DNA of 64,000 nt from Trichoplax sp. H2 (Eukaryota): assembly GCA_003344405.1 (NCBI GenBank), contig NOWV01000139.1, positions 62,001 through 126,000 on the forward strand, in the 5' to 3' direction. This document shows positions 12,836-25,573 of this stretch, one piece after another; the first letter of the stretch is position 1, and the number at the start of each line of letters is the position of its first letter. The notes beneath the pieces were generated by a model. That model was not told the origin of the DNA. It saw only the letters and a program-made list of their open reading frames with translations, and ran no database searches. Position numbers and translations under genes: made by a program.

Positions 12836-13700
12836 ATATCTTTCACTTCCTCATCGGACAAGGCGGTAAGTTATTCCGTCCTCTGGCTTTCAGCATCTTC
12901 GGTTAACAGGTTTCAATCTACGCTTGAGTGAGCCATCTTCACTTATCGGCGTATCAGTTGATCAGGTTATCTTCGTAGACTCTTCTGACTTCTTTACAAG
13001 AACTGAAATTGGTCTTCTTACCTTTTTCTTGAGGTCAGTTTGTCGAGTGCTAGCGTACCAAGGAGTTCCAAGTTTTAGGGCAAAGTGGTTTCTTCTTCGG
13101 ATCCCACCGCTGCCACCAGTGTCACAAAACAGCTTTCGTGAACGTACCTAAACTAGTATATCTACTCTTATGGTTCTCCGACTAACTCCGGAGATCCTCA
13201 GTAAGGGAAAACTAACTTATTCCTATACTATAGTAATCAAGTCAAAACGATAGGTTTAGGTTAATAAATATCTTTATTACTAGCTTGCTTACGTTTGTAC
13301 CAGTGTACCTTACGTTAGCCTCAGTGGAGCTGAGATTAAAAAGTAATAATCAAGCTTATATACATTTTCATATGTCACACAAATAAGATCGGTGCTAATC
13401 TTTCACATTAAATTATATATTGTGCAATACAGGCTTACTATAGATCCGACTAGATCGAGTGTCACTTATTACTTGCCACAAATTAATATTATTAATTAGC
13501 ACCTTATTTACTAACATAATAATCTTCACAGTTTGACATTTTAATTGCTAACACCATATCCACGCTTGATATTGCTACAATAATTAATAACAAAACTCAA
13601 TTAACAACTAGGTTGTTGTCGAGAACGGCAAACCTCTATAATAACATTATTAAACGTATTAGATCAAAATATTATTCATTTCGGAGCGAGCTCCGTCACA
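12836..13700 (-). mobile_element. 5' end of an LTR retrotransposon: family-B LTR (13120-13700), PBS and leader with a decayed gag-like start
   Basis: LTR TGTGAC...GTGACA on the minus strand, followed after 1 nt by TGGTGGCAGCGGTGGGAT. About 260 bp of internal sequence includes a frame from ATG 12936 reading MAHSSVD*NLLTEDAESQRTE*LTALSDEEVKDM. Confidence 0.88.
13101..13118 (-). promoter_or_regulatory. Retrotransposon primer-binding site complementary to the 3' end of tRNA-Leu (AAG/TAG type)
   Basis: The plus strand reads ATCCCACCGCTGCCACCA, matching the 3'-terminal 18 nt including CCA of animal tRNA-Leu(AAG/TAG) as I recall it. It lies directly next to the LTR end. Confidence 0.88.
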
Positions 13701-14622
13701 ACATGGTTTGTTCATCTTAGTTAAGTAGGTAAACTTAAAGTCTACGTAAATACTGTAGCTTTTATCCCATTGGATTATTGATGGTCCACTACAAAATATT
13801 GTTAATAAGAATAATCTTGACAATTATAAAATAAGATAAAAATGTTACTATGCTGATTGTAGCTGCTAATGCTACGAAAATTATATAAAAATCCAGCTTT
13901 AAGTTATTGTAATACTTCTTTCTAGAAGTCTTTCTACCTGCTAAATTTGGCTAGAATAGAGCTGTGAGTAGATTATCATTGTATAAAGGTCTTGTAAGAT
14001 CCTAATTTTCTACAAATTTTGTAATTTTACGATCAGTTTAATCATAGCCTCACATGATCCAAATTAAAGGGGCTAGCAGTATGGATTTATTTTAATTGCA
14101 ACCTGCAAATCTGAAATTATAATATTAACAGATGAGACTATAGTTGAAATATGTTCACTTTATTCAAAGGGCATACGATGAATAAAATCGTTATAATATT
14201 TAATCGGTTATTATTTATTGATTTTGCCGTCTATTCGAATCTTGGATATTACACAAACTACCTACAAAGATTTTTAAAGCTTTCACAAATGATTCATCTA
14301 TGAATAATAACGTCTTTATGATAACGTTTAAAAGACTTGCTAAAATAAGCTATATGTTTTACGAATGATATTACTGCAATATGTTATCTCAGCACAAAAC
14401 AAATCGTTAGCCTTATTAAAAGAATAAAAAGATTACTAAAGAAAATTTGGTAAAGAACGAAGCTCTTTGCATTACAATTATTGTGGAATTCATACAGTAA
14501 GTTGATAATTACGTAAGGGTAAAAGTATATGTGTATAATATTTAGTTGCTATGAATTTATCCATTTGATGAATTCCATTATAATTAGAATTTCAGAATCT
14601 TATTTTGTCTTAATGGCATAAA

Positions 14623-16529
14623 TTAGGGATTACCACCCATAGTTTTTGTAGGTTCTGACTGATTGGTGGAAATCTGATTCGGGACTGCTGTGTACGGCCC
14701 AGGTTGAATAGCTTGCGTATATGTTGCCTGAGCGGGTTGGTATTGTATAGGCACTTTAATTATAAATAAGCATACAAAATCGAAATAGTTTATCAAGTAT
14801 CATGCTTGAAATGATAATAAAAAATAGTATAAAGAGTAATTTGATAGTTTAATGTAGCTAATCCTATAGTGATATTACATTGCAAGCAGTTATTTGATGA
14901 TATTATTATAATTTTATCCGGAGAAAGAAAATTCATAATAATAAATCTAGAATTATTTTTATCAATTAAAAAGCTATTTCATATCACTATACGATATGGG
15001 CGGACCATATTAAGCCATTTCCAATTGTCAAGTAAATCAGGCAGATTCTAAATTATAAATGCGTTTTAGTTAATCCTGAAATTGCTATTACCTTGCTGAT
15101 TTGGATATTGTTGCATTGTTATAACGTGAGTTGCCGATTGATAGTGTGCAGAATGAGCACCCTGAATCAAAAATCATGGTATACCCGTATGTTAATGTGA
15201 TATAGATGAGTTACCAATTGAATTGCTAATGAGATTATTTGTCTTTTCAAATACTACAGATGGTGATTTAATAGAAAGTGAAGCTTTTATCACAGAATAG
15301 AACTATTAACGGTAGCTTCATTATTTGAATTCGTATGCGAAGTGGAATAATAACAAAGTAAAAAACAATTCTACTCTGCAACGTCCAGTTATCTTATAAT
15401 CAGCTTCTGAATATTGGAATGAAGACACTAGATATGGTTACTAACCCCAGGATAAGATTTGCAATAGAGTTCTCTACTAAGTATTACAAGGAAAGTTAAA
15501 GTGGTAGCAGAGCCAGTTACTGCTAAGGCCAAAGATACAATGTTGAACCAGATAGAAGGAAGAGTACTACGACCAATCAAATAACCAAAACTGATGCCAA
15601 CGTGACCAATGGAGGATACGAAACCCAAAATGGAGAATGCATACAAACTATTCATCTATTGTAATTAATATAAGTGAAATGGCAATCTTAAGCAAGCAGC
15701 GATGTCTTCCTTCTTTTTAAGTAATAAATTGGATCTTATTTATATATATACTGTCTGTAAGGTTGTATAAATATTTTGTGATCATTTAGAATTTACCAGA
15801 TGAATGCTGGCTGCTTTTTGTTTCTTGTGATTTGCAATGGCAAAGATACCTGCCAACAGATACTGTTGCAAAAGTAATTCAAAATATTAGCTGAATACAA
15901 TTCTGATTTTGAAGTTCATGCAAAACTGTAACTTATATAAAGGTAGGTTTAACAGATATCCTGAATAAATACATCGTTGTTAACAGTATCGTAGAACGGA
16001 GATAAGAAAGACTTGGAATACAGTGTTCATTTGAAAAAGAACATATTAATATGACTATGAAAGCGATAATAGTAGAAGCAGCTGGGAAGACAGCGGTCTT
16101 CTGGCGCTTATAGGTACGAACTAGTCATCGGTGAAATTTAAAACTACATGAAGATTAGATCAAGGAAATATTACTCAGGAAAGTTTGCTTATCAATACTT
16201 ACAAACAATCCAGCCCAAATACCGCAAGCGAAAAAGGTAGTTGGATTGTAGATTAAATATGTATAATTATAGCCATTGCCACTATAAGTATGGACAGTAT
16301 AGGTGGTAAAAAATCCAACAATTCCGAGTATTAAACTCACAAGACCAGTCACAAGTAATGTAACACCAAGCCCCAGTTGTGCTGGTCGAAGTTCCTCTGA
16401 CAATGCCTTCTCACGCGGTATACAGCAAGATGTACTAACTCTCTGAGTTTCGTATGTTATTTGAGGTTGTTGTACTACTGTACATGGTACTGGTTGTTGA
16501 TTGTATTGCGGTCGGATTACAGCTGCCAT
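14623..16529 (-). CDS. CD20/MS4A-like four-TM protein, paralogue 3 (~267 aa)
   Basis: Exons 16529-16203, 15862-15797, 15655-15446, 15161-15092, 14753-14623. All GT-AG with an open frame. TM2 reads ACGIWAGLF|YLLAGIFA. Confidence 0.88.
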
Positions 16530-16836
16530 TTTGTTCTAATACACATTGATTGATTTAAAGCTTGCTTTTTACAGGATGCTCATAACTCTTCCAATTGCCG
16601 ATAAGATAGGTTATATACTATTTACTACTTAGCCCTGCAGCTATCTACTGAGCATTTAAAGTCTTCTAATATACTGCTTGGAAGGCATTAAATACTCTAA
16701 AATTTATAAAATTATGCCTAATAACTGCTATAATGATTACTATGATTGTTATAATTTAATCTTTAACATGGTAATTTTAAATAGATTTGATTGAAATTCG
16801 AAAGGTGCATTTCTAATAAAGTAACTATATTCACTT

Positions 16837-16930
16837 ACCTTCAAATTTGTGTTCTCTTCGTTATTCAAGAAAAATGTTTTAATCGTTAACCTTTATATAA
16901 TGCTGCTTTCTGATTGTTGTATTATGACGT
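16837..16930 (-). promoter_or_regulatory. Putative promoter and short 5' non-coding exon of paralogue 3
   Basis: Minus-strand TATATAAAG at ~16891-16900, a GTAAGT donor at 16838, and TGACGT at ~16925. A similar arrangement lies upstream of paralogue 4 (TATA ~24054-24062, donor ~23988). Confidence 0.4.
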
Positions 16931-19900
16931 AGGATCCATAAGTCCCTCTGATGGAAGCATACTTAATGAATTTATCCATCACAATAGCTAGAAAGATTAT
17001 TATTTACTATTATAGCAAATAGCTTAATTTTATATAGAATGGAGAACTCTATTATCAATATATTCATATATGATATTTAACTTTTACACCCTTTATGCAA
17101 TCTATTATAATTTCGTTTTAGCTACTTTATGCACATTATTTTACTAGATATATTATAATTCGATTTTCTAAATTTAATATCCGTTAGAGCATGAGCTCTG
17201 CATTGTTATTTGCTTTTATTCAAAAGCAGTCTCACATGTGCATAATACATATGTAAATTTGTAGCTCTGTAATGTAATTTATTTTTATGGTCTACTTATC
17301 ATTATATTATTTGCTAATGTAAAAGGACAGGCACTATATTGTTGCTGATTTCATAGTCCGATATAGTCTACCAAGTAAATAATTTAAACGTCATTTATCG
17401 CTACCTAGGGATTAATCATCGTTTTACATGAGGAGTCCTTTCTATCAAAATTTTGTAGTGAAATAACGTAGAAGGTTGATAATATCCGCTACACTGTTTG
17501 AATTCAAGTTTCTTTGTGGCGATATTATGCAAAGAATTAATGTAACTATAAATCTTTAGACGCTTTTCTTAATATATTGAGATTTCTTGCTAAGATCTTG
17601 CTATAATATCAATAATAGGATGGCAAGACTTGATAACATAACATTAAGTTATGAATAATAAAAGAACATGAGGTAATAAATCACTTGAATTGCAGATTTT
17701 GCAAAAATCATTGCCTGATATCAAACATGCTAAACTACTTGATTGGAGAACTTTGAGTTACTGCTTGAATTAAATTCAAAAATTAGCTTTACCAATAAGA
17801 AGATTTACCATTGTACAGGTTGTATTTTGCTTAGTCTATGATTCCAAAATGTTACTTATTAGTACTTTTTTAAAAATTATATAAGCTGCGACTCCAATAG
17901 ATGCACGGTTTGAAATCTGATACTAAAAAACGCGCTTTGAAATTGAACCAAGTCTAGTATGAGCAATAGCACTAATTATCCCAGCTACTAAATACCGATG
18001 CAATTATTGGATATTTGTACAAGCTGCTCTTTACTTGCAAATTTGGGTTTTATTATTCTTTAAATGGACTATTATGATCGAATCGAAAGATTTGTATAAA
18101 TTTAATAAATCAATTCCTTCATAAATTGCAGTAATATCGAGATATAAAGGGGAAAAAGTACGAAAAGATCTACTCAATCTGATATTCTAATTATTCTTTT
18201 CTGTTCTTTTTATTTAATTCTGTAAAATATCTCAGGTAACTTTATAGAACTTTTATGGACATATCGTCTATTGATTATTAGGAATTGACTTAGAATATAT
18301 AGATGAGTCTAAACGACTATAGTTAAACCAATATTACATTTAATAAGTAAGTACTCATGTGCTGTAAGATAGATAGACGGAACATTGGTCCAAATTCAGC
18401 CTATCTTATGACATGTCGTCTGAAGCAGCCCTATAAATTGCGGCCATAAAGATAATTACAAGCGAAGACGACTTTGATGAGTACATTTCGGTATTAAAAT
18501 AATCAGAAGTACTATCTAGTCTATATTACTTTATATCAGCTTGTAAGCTCATCAAATAAATTGTACTTTTCGGATCGATGTTATTAAGGAACCCCGTATT
18601 AAGTGCGAGCTACTTAACCATGAAAATTGAATGTTCATATATCCATCATCCTGCATGTTTCAACTTTGTCGTAGCTACTTTCGCTTCTTTTGTTAGATGA
18701 TGTTGATCATTCATATTTATGTTCACTTAGGCTATAAGCGCTAGAATGCATTGTACGCAATTACAAAAGTTCATGATACGTACTTATATCTCATTTAGAT
18801 ATTTGATTTACCAGCATGGTATATATTAAATGCATTCTAGGACATGCAAGTTCTATGACGTAGGTCAGTTGTTAATGATAAATTACGTTATCATTCTTGG
18901 AATGAATGAACGTAAGTTAGACCTTGAGTCGAAATATTCTAAATCAAAAGTATTATCAAATTTATAAATGATCGTATCATCAACAGAAGCCTTTTTAATG
19001 ATGGCAATGAGTTGTCAAATAGATTTTAATTTCGGTATTTATAATTAAACCCTGAATATTAATTCAAGACATTTACTAAATTTAACGATACTGGTTCTTC
19101 ATTATAAGGTCTGGTAACGTTTTCAAAGATTGAAACCAAATGCAATTAAAGTAAAAACTATTAAAAGTTCCATTCTGTATTTAATAGCTATCATCATTAG
19201 AAGGTTGATTTTTATTATTATGTGATGTACAAAGAATTGGACTACTATACAATGGATTAAAATAGTGAGAAATTTTCACTAAAAAGTAAATTTGCGGTTT
19301 GGCTTCGACAATTTAACTTACGGAAGAGACGATGGGTCCCAATCCTATTTTATCAAGGATATAATTGAGTGGTATTTTTGCACTTACTAACGAGCGGTAG
19401 CTTTCAAAGATTTTATTAAAATATTTCTCTACAGTGTGTATTCAATATTAAGCTACGTAACAAATGCCATAATTATATGATTATAAAATTTGTAGTAATT
19501 GTAAATAATCGTCGGAGAAATTTAACGAGGTATTACTTAGAAAGTTTGCAACCGGAGCTAATCTTAACTGTCATACATATTTTTATATGTAATTCTAGAC
19601 TATTCCGAAAAATTATTTGCAATCCCGATTCTAAATTACAATTAAATGATTAAGATCAAACTAGCCATATTAAATGAAATGAAATGAAAAGTGTAGAAAT
19701 CAAGCCACAAAACTTTTAACAAACTTTGATTCTACTTTCACAGCACTCTGGTCGACTTAACGAACTTTGATACCAAATAAAATTGGGGAAATAACCAATC
19801 AATAATTTATTAAGAAAATGTGAGAGAATCTGATCAAACAATCTTCCAAGTACTGAATTCTAAGTATTATAAGTCAAGAAATAAAAACAACTGAGTTGAA

Positions 19901-21098
19901 ACTGTCAACAACCAAACAATCTAACAAAAAGAAGGACGTTTTCACTCATAACAAACAGTTCGACTTAGATGGTCTTTAAAATCCAACAAGTTTTTCAAAA
20001 GAATTTTCTTTTACTTTCTACTCTAAATTTTCTGATTACACTATCATTTATAGACTTTGCAGAGCAGTCAGTGGTATTTAAAACTAAACTTTTATTAACC
20101 AATCGCTCTTCAGATTCACTTTAGAAAACTACTTTGCACCACTTAAGAAAACAAAAATCATTCAAAGTTCAGACGCGATTTACCGTATGATTCCCTTACA
20201 AAACACTATAAAACCATCAAACTAACTATAAAATAATCATTAATACATTATAAAAATCTAAAAATTAGCCTTTAAACATCAAGATTTAGCCCTAAAAATA
20301 GCATTCTAGCTACTTTACAATCAACACAACCTCTGCCATTTGCCATCTTATTTTTTATTTTCTAAGCTAAACTTTCCTAATGTAACTTGCATGATATTGT
20401 ACGATAACTGTACGATTATAACCCAAATTGCAGTACTTTACCGTCATGTTATAAATCTCCTTTCTCTATGGATAGGGTTTTCTTACTAAGTCAAATTCAT
20501 TTACAAGCCCAATAGACTATCAAACGCCCCTTCTTAAAGTTAGGAGATTGCTCCTAGGTTATTTCTATAGTAATCTATACAACACTTTGTAAAATAATGA
20601 AGAAAACATGGCGATATCACGATTTGGCATGGTAAAATTTAAAGATACTACCACTTTCAAGGTATTTTCTATAGTAAGTTAAAATATTTACATCCTGAAA
20701 GCTATAAAGGACTCTGCTCTTTGTCCTTTACGACATAAATTTCTGTAAAATTTATTAAAGACTTACTAATTCGTCTTATCATAAAACAGTAAAAATAATT
20801 AAATAGTTTAAACCAATGAAATTGAAGTAGCTAAGGATTACATCCAAGCAAAAATATGTTCTTCTAGAAGTAAAGTTATAATTGTTCAGGAATATATTTA
20901 ACGATAGCACTATTACTACTAAAGGATAAGACCGTATGCGGCATTCAGTCGTTATAAATTAGTTGGAATTCTTTTATTACAAATTATACTAGAATGACAT
21001 TATTGACTATCATTTTATCGTATTGAGCGTTATTAGCCATAGATTTTGTAGGCTATCATTGAGTCAAGGAACACTAATTAGGAGCTGCAGTATATGGC

Positions 21099-21660
21099 TG
21101 TGATATATACCGATCACGAAATTCCAAATTTTAGAAAAATAAGAGCTTTATGGAATCTTATACAAAGATTTACAACACGCAACTCTACTCTAGCCGAATA
21201 CTACTACTATAGACTTCTATAACGAACTAACAGAATAATCTAAAGTTGCATGCTTTTATACTTTTCGTAGCATTCGCAGCTACAATCCGTACGCCAACCT
21301 TTTACCTTATTTTACGCGTAGTTAAATTATTCTCAGTAACACTATTCTACTGTGGACCATCATTAATCCGATTTGGATATGACTGCAGTATTTACGTAGG
21401 CATTATTCACACCAGTCAAAGTACAATGAATTAACCATATCCTAATATATGATTTACAGTTCCATTTTTACCTATAACCTTATGAATAACTCAATACCTT
21501 ACTGTATATAGTCGTCTGTACTCTAGCATAGAGTCTATAACACTACTGTCTATAGTTATGGCTACCAAATATATCTTAGAATAAATATAGAAGTTACCTT
21601 ACCGTAGATTATACTAAACATGGCTAACAGTCTACAATCACTATACTAAGTTACATTACA
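21099..21660 (-). mobile_element. Solo LTR, family C (562 bp), inserted in the last coding exon of paralogue 4
   Basis: TGT...ACA termini. Flanks ATGGC (21094-21098) and ATGGT (21661-21665). Inverted homologue at 38335-38885. The exon-5 reading (QPGP|YTAAPN) resumes on the far side. Confidence 0.92.
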
Positions 21661-23680
21661 ATGGTCCAGGTTGAGCCATTTGCACATTGACTTGCTGAAT
21701 GGGATGGTACTGCATGGGGACTTCAGTTATGGGTACATAAATATAGAGGCAAAAAATTAAAAATTTGTAGTTTATTAATGATTTCAAAGAATACGTGCGT
21801 TTACTTGCAATCGAATAGAAACTACTTTGATAACATGCAACTTATTTGCTACTGAGTACAATTTGAGCAGTTATTTAACGATACAGTGATAGGTTGATTT
21901 ACAGTAATACATACTTACACAATAATAGATACATAGATACTTGTACTATAGCATATCCTTGCATATTCTTGTATAGTAAACGACAAGCGCATGTACTTTT
22001 ATATATTCTTTTCTATTGTTTTATAGGCGAGTTTATGTTATGAAGTATTTTTTCATGTTTTGCTATTCATTTTACCGAGCTATCAACATTTGTTAAGTAT
22101 ATTAAGCGACTTATAAAACATTGCCGTATTTAACATTAAGATAATCATTACCTTGTTGATTAGTATCCAGTTGTATTGCTACAACTTGATTTGTGGCCTG
22201 ATACTGAGCAGAATTAAAATCCTAAAGCAAATATTTATTAAATTTATAAATATTCGATAGTTATTCTTAATCGATTAGGGCGCATCAATATCGATAATAT
22301 TAATCATTTTAATATAGTAGTTTTCTGGTAAAAAATGAAATCTTCATAGCGACATAGCATATTTAAATGATTGAATGAAACCATTATGATAATTTATCAA
22401 AATACGAATAGAAATAATCACGATAAAGAAGACTATACTCCGCATCACTCTTCTATTTTATTAATTAATCGATATTATAATGGTTAAAATAAGGATACTA
22501 GAAAGTGTATATCGCTTACCTTCGGAGATGCTTCACAGTAAATTTCTTTGCTTAAAAGTACAATGCAAGCTAGAGATACAGCAAAGCCAATTACTCCCAG
22601 GCCCAATGATACGATATTAAACCAGATAGAATGATAAGTACCATAGGAAAAAATAAATCCAAAACTGACGCCAATGTGAGGAACTGAGAGGATGATGCTT
22701 ATAATGCAGAAGGCATAGAAGCAATTTATCTATTAAAAATTACAACAAGTAAACTAATATTATTTTAGGTACATAATCCTGTTTTTCTCTTTCCAAGTAT
22801 AAAATTTTGTCTTTTTATAACTAAAAGTCTAAAGTATTCTGTGAGTGATGGTTAGTCAGTTAAAATTACCAAGTGAATACTGTTTTCTTTCTTGCGGGTT
22901 GTAAGAGCGAAGATACCACCTAGTAGGTACTATAAGAAATAAGAGTGATTCAAACCATTTGTTGAAAGTTGAGCTGCGATAGATTTAGACGAGATTTTAA
23001 AAGAGACTATCCAAACTTTAATAGAACTTTTATGGTATCACTTATCCTGTATTTCAAGTGCAAAATGGCAGTCATGTCAAATAAACTATCCAAAACGGTA
23101 CCATACTTTTTATCACGTAATAAAGTTGGATAAATACTCAAAAGCAGGTAAGAAAAATAGAAAACCATATGATGCTTTTATTGCAAATATGACGATGGTA
23201 GTAGTCATAAAAGCAGTAAGAAAATTACCCACTTGCACTTGTTGACAATAATCAAACACTTAAACTATGGGAATTAAGCAAATCCGATATTCAGATTGAA
23301 GGAAAGTTAACTGTAGTACACGTATCAAAGCTTACAAAGACTCCTGCCCAAATGTCTGCGCCTATCCAAGGAGTCATATTGTAGATATAATATGTTGAAT
23401 TGTAACTAATACCCTGGTAGGTATAAAGATAAGAGTTGGTGAAAAATCCAATGATTCCGACTAGGAGACTTGTAAGACCGATTAGGACTAATAAAATTCC
23501 AAGTCCAAACTGTGCAGGTTGAAGTTTGAACGGCAACGACTTCTTACTTGGAATACAACAAGATGTAGTAACAACTTGATCTTGATACATTACTTGCGGC
23601 TGCTGCGCTGTCATAATCTGTGCTGGTTGTAGTAGTATTTGTGGCTGTTGAATAAATTGTGGTTGAGTTGGTAGTGCCAT
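21656..23680 (-). CDS. CD20/MS4A-like four-TM protein, paralogue 4 (~249 aa; C-tail truncated by the LTR)
   Basis: Exons 23680-23336, 22929-22870, 22729-22520, 22221-22152, 21720-21656. The frame is open until ...AQPGPL*, where the TAA is supplied by the LTR. Confidence 0.82.
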
Positions 23681-25573
23681 TTTGTTCTAAGGTACACCGA
23701 TCTTGTTGCTGATACTATGAAACGAATATATTCCTATTAATTACTTAATTTATTTGATAGTAATGGTAATAAAAGCTAATTTAGTTACACTGTTTTGTTG
23801 ATATTTGCTGAGTACTTGCAATCTTCTAATATCTACCTAATCTAGATAGAAACTATTGAATAAAGTGGAATAGATATGATATTAAATGATTACTGTAAGA
23901 ATACTATATCAATTCCTAAGTCGAATCTTTTATATCTAGATTTAAAGCATTTCTAAAAGCTCCACATCCTTTCCGTCATCGTTACTTACTTTCGATAAAC
24001 GACTATTCGCTATTCGTTTGTTCCGTTAAATGCCGTCTAATAATTATTGTATCTTTTATATATTACATATATATACAGTATGAGACGTTGCATAGCTTAT
24101 CTGCGGTCGAGATTAATTCACTCTTTTAATAAAGTAGACATGTGATATAATAGCTAGAAACAAAATTAGAATAACTATAAAAAACTATAAAATTCTATTT
24201 TAGTATTAGGTGAATGCCTATTATTAACAGACTCATAATATCAATAAGCATTAAAGATTGCCCGTGAGTGGATGGTGCTAACATTAAAGTCAATATGAAG
24301 TTTAAAATAGAATTGATAGAATACGTAATCGGCTATATATTAATGATCTACTCATAAATAATTCATAAGATATCATAAAAGCACATGCGCTACATTGTTG
24401 TTGACTTTTAACCAATTGCAGCCATGCAAGTAGATCATTTGTGCAACATTGCTTCAAACTAGATGCTCCAAGTATAGTTGTCATCACGTCGTAAGAAGTC
24501 TATTCCTATAAAATTCTTAATTAAATATAGTAGCTATATCGGCGACCGATAAGAGCTATAAGGTACCGGAAGATACCTGCCTTCTATAAGCAATTACATA
24601 AGTTATAGGGCTAGTTTTAGTCTTAAACGGTTGTATAACTAAGAGATCTAGCACTTAAACTAAGGAAGAGCACAAAAGAAAAATACTCGTAAACTACAGT
24701 GTTGCGCTTTGATAATGGAGTATTGACGCTTTAGCTCTCGTAATATAGAAAACAAAGAAATATATGCAATAAACTAGCGTTACAAATATTAATTTGATCA
24801 ATTCTTCAACATTTATATTTTTATAACAGTAACATTACAATCTCACCCGGAATGGGCCCAAAATAAACTAGTTTCTTCTGGTAGAAACTATTTGACTAGA
24901 TTTAAATTAATTTAACTTCATTTGTAGTTCTGCTGTAAATTTAGGCACATCATAAACATTTGCGATTTCACTATTAGAAAATTGCCACTTCGAAAGAGGC
25001 AATTTTTACTTCGAGAAATTTTGGTATAGCATAAAATTTATGAGACTTGAAAGTTGTGAAATCAGTGATTTATTGTCTCATTAAGACTTACAAGCAAGGT
25101 AATTACCAGAAACTACAAATTCGATCATTTAGCTTAAGAATCTCAGTCATAACCTTATCAAAAGCACATTTGCTATTGCGGTGGAATTCTAAACTATCGA
25201 TACATCATAATGACGTCTAGCGATATAAAATGTGGCCTATTGTACCTATAGTCATTCTAAACAATTTTCAAAATATTTCAATAATGAGCGGCAATTGTAA
25301 ACCATATTTTCTGTATGTTAAGAGAAATATTTCATCAATGTATGATAACAATTCTTCTTGATTTAACTAAAGACGAAATGACTGACACCTATACCGCAAT
25401 GAATTAAATATTCCCGTACTATACTGCAATTAATTTTTGGTACAACTAATAAAATTAGTCACTTTAAGGATGAGGGTATGAAATCTAGTCGATTCTAATT
25501 GATTAGAATTGATAAAATTATAGTACAAAGAAAGATTTTGTAATTCTCTATTTTCAGCATTGAGGCAAAGAAT

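Noticed and set aside
13101-13118. tRNA-Leu gene
   Set aside because: Only the 3' 18 nt including encoded CCA are present, next to an LTR end. This is a PBS, not a cloverleaf.
12924-13151. 75-aa plus-strand ORF
   Set aside because: Antisense to the retroelement leader, PBS and LTR, with no recognisable protein features.
10395-13700. Full-length element bounded by the two family-B LTRs
   Set aside because: The left copy has its own TSD and an empty-site allele, the two LTRs are clearly diverged, and the interior is host sequence.
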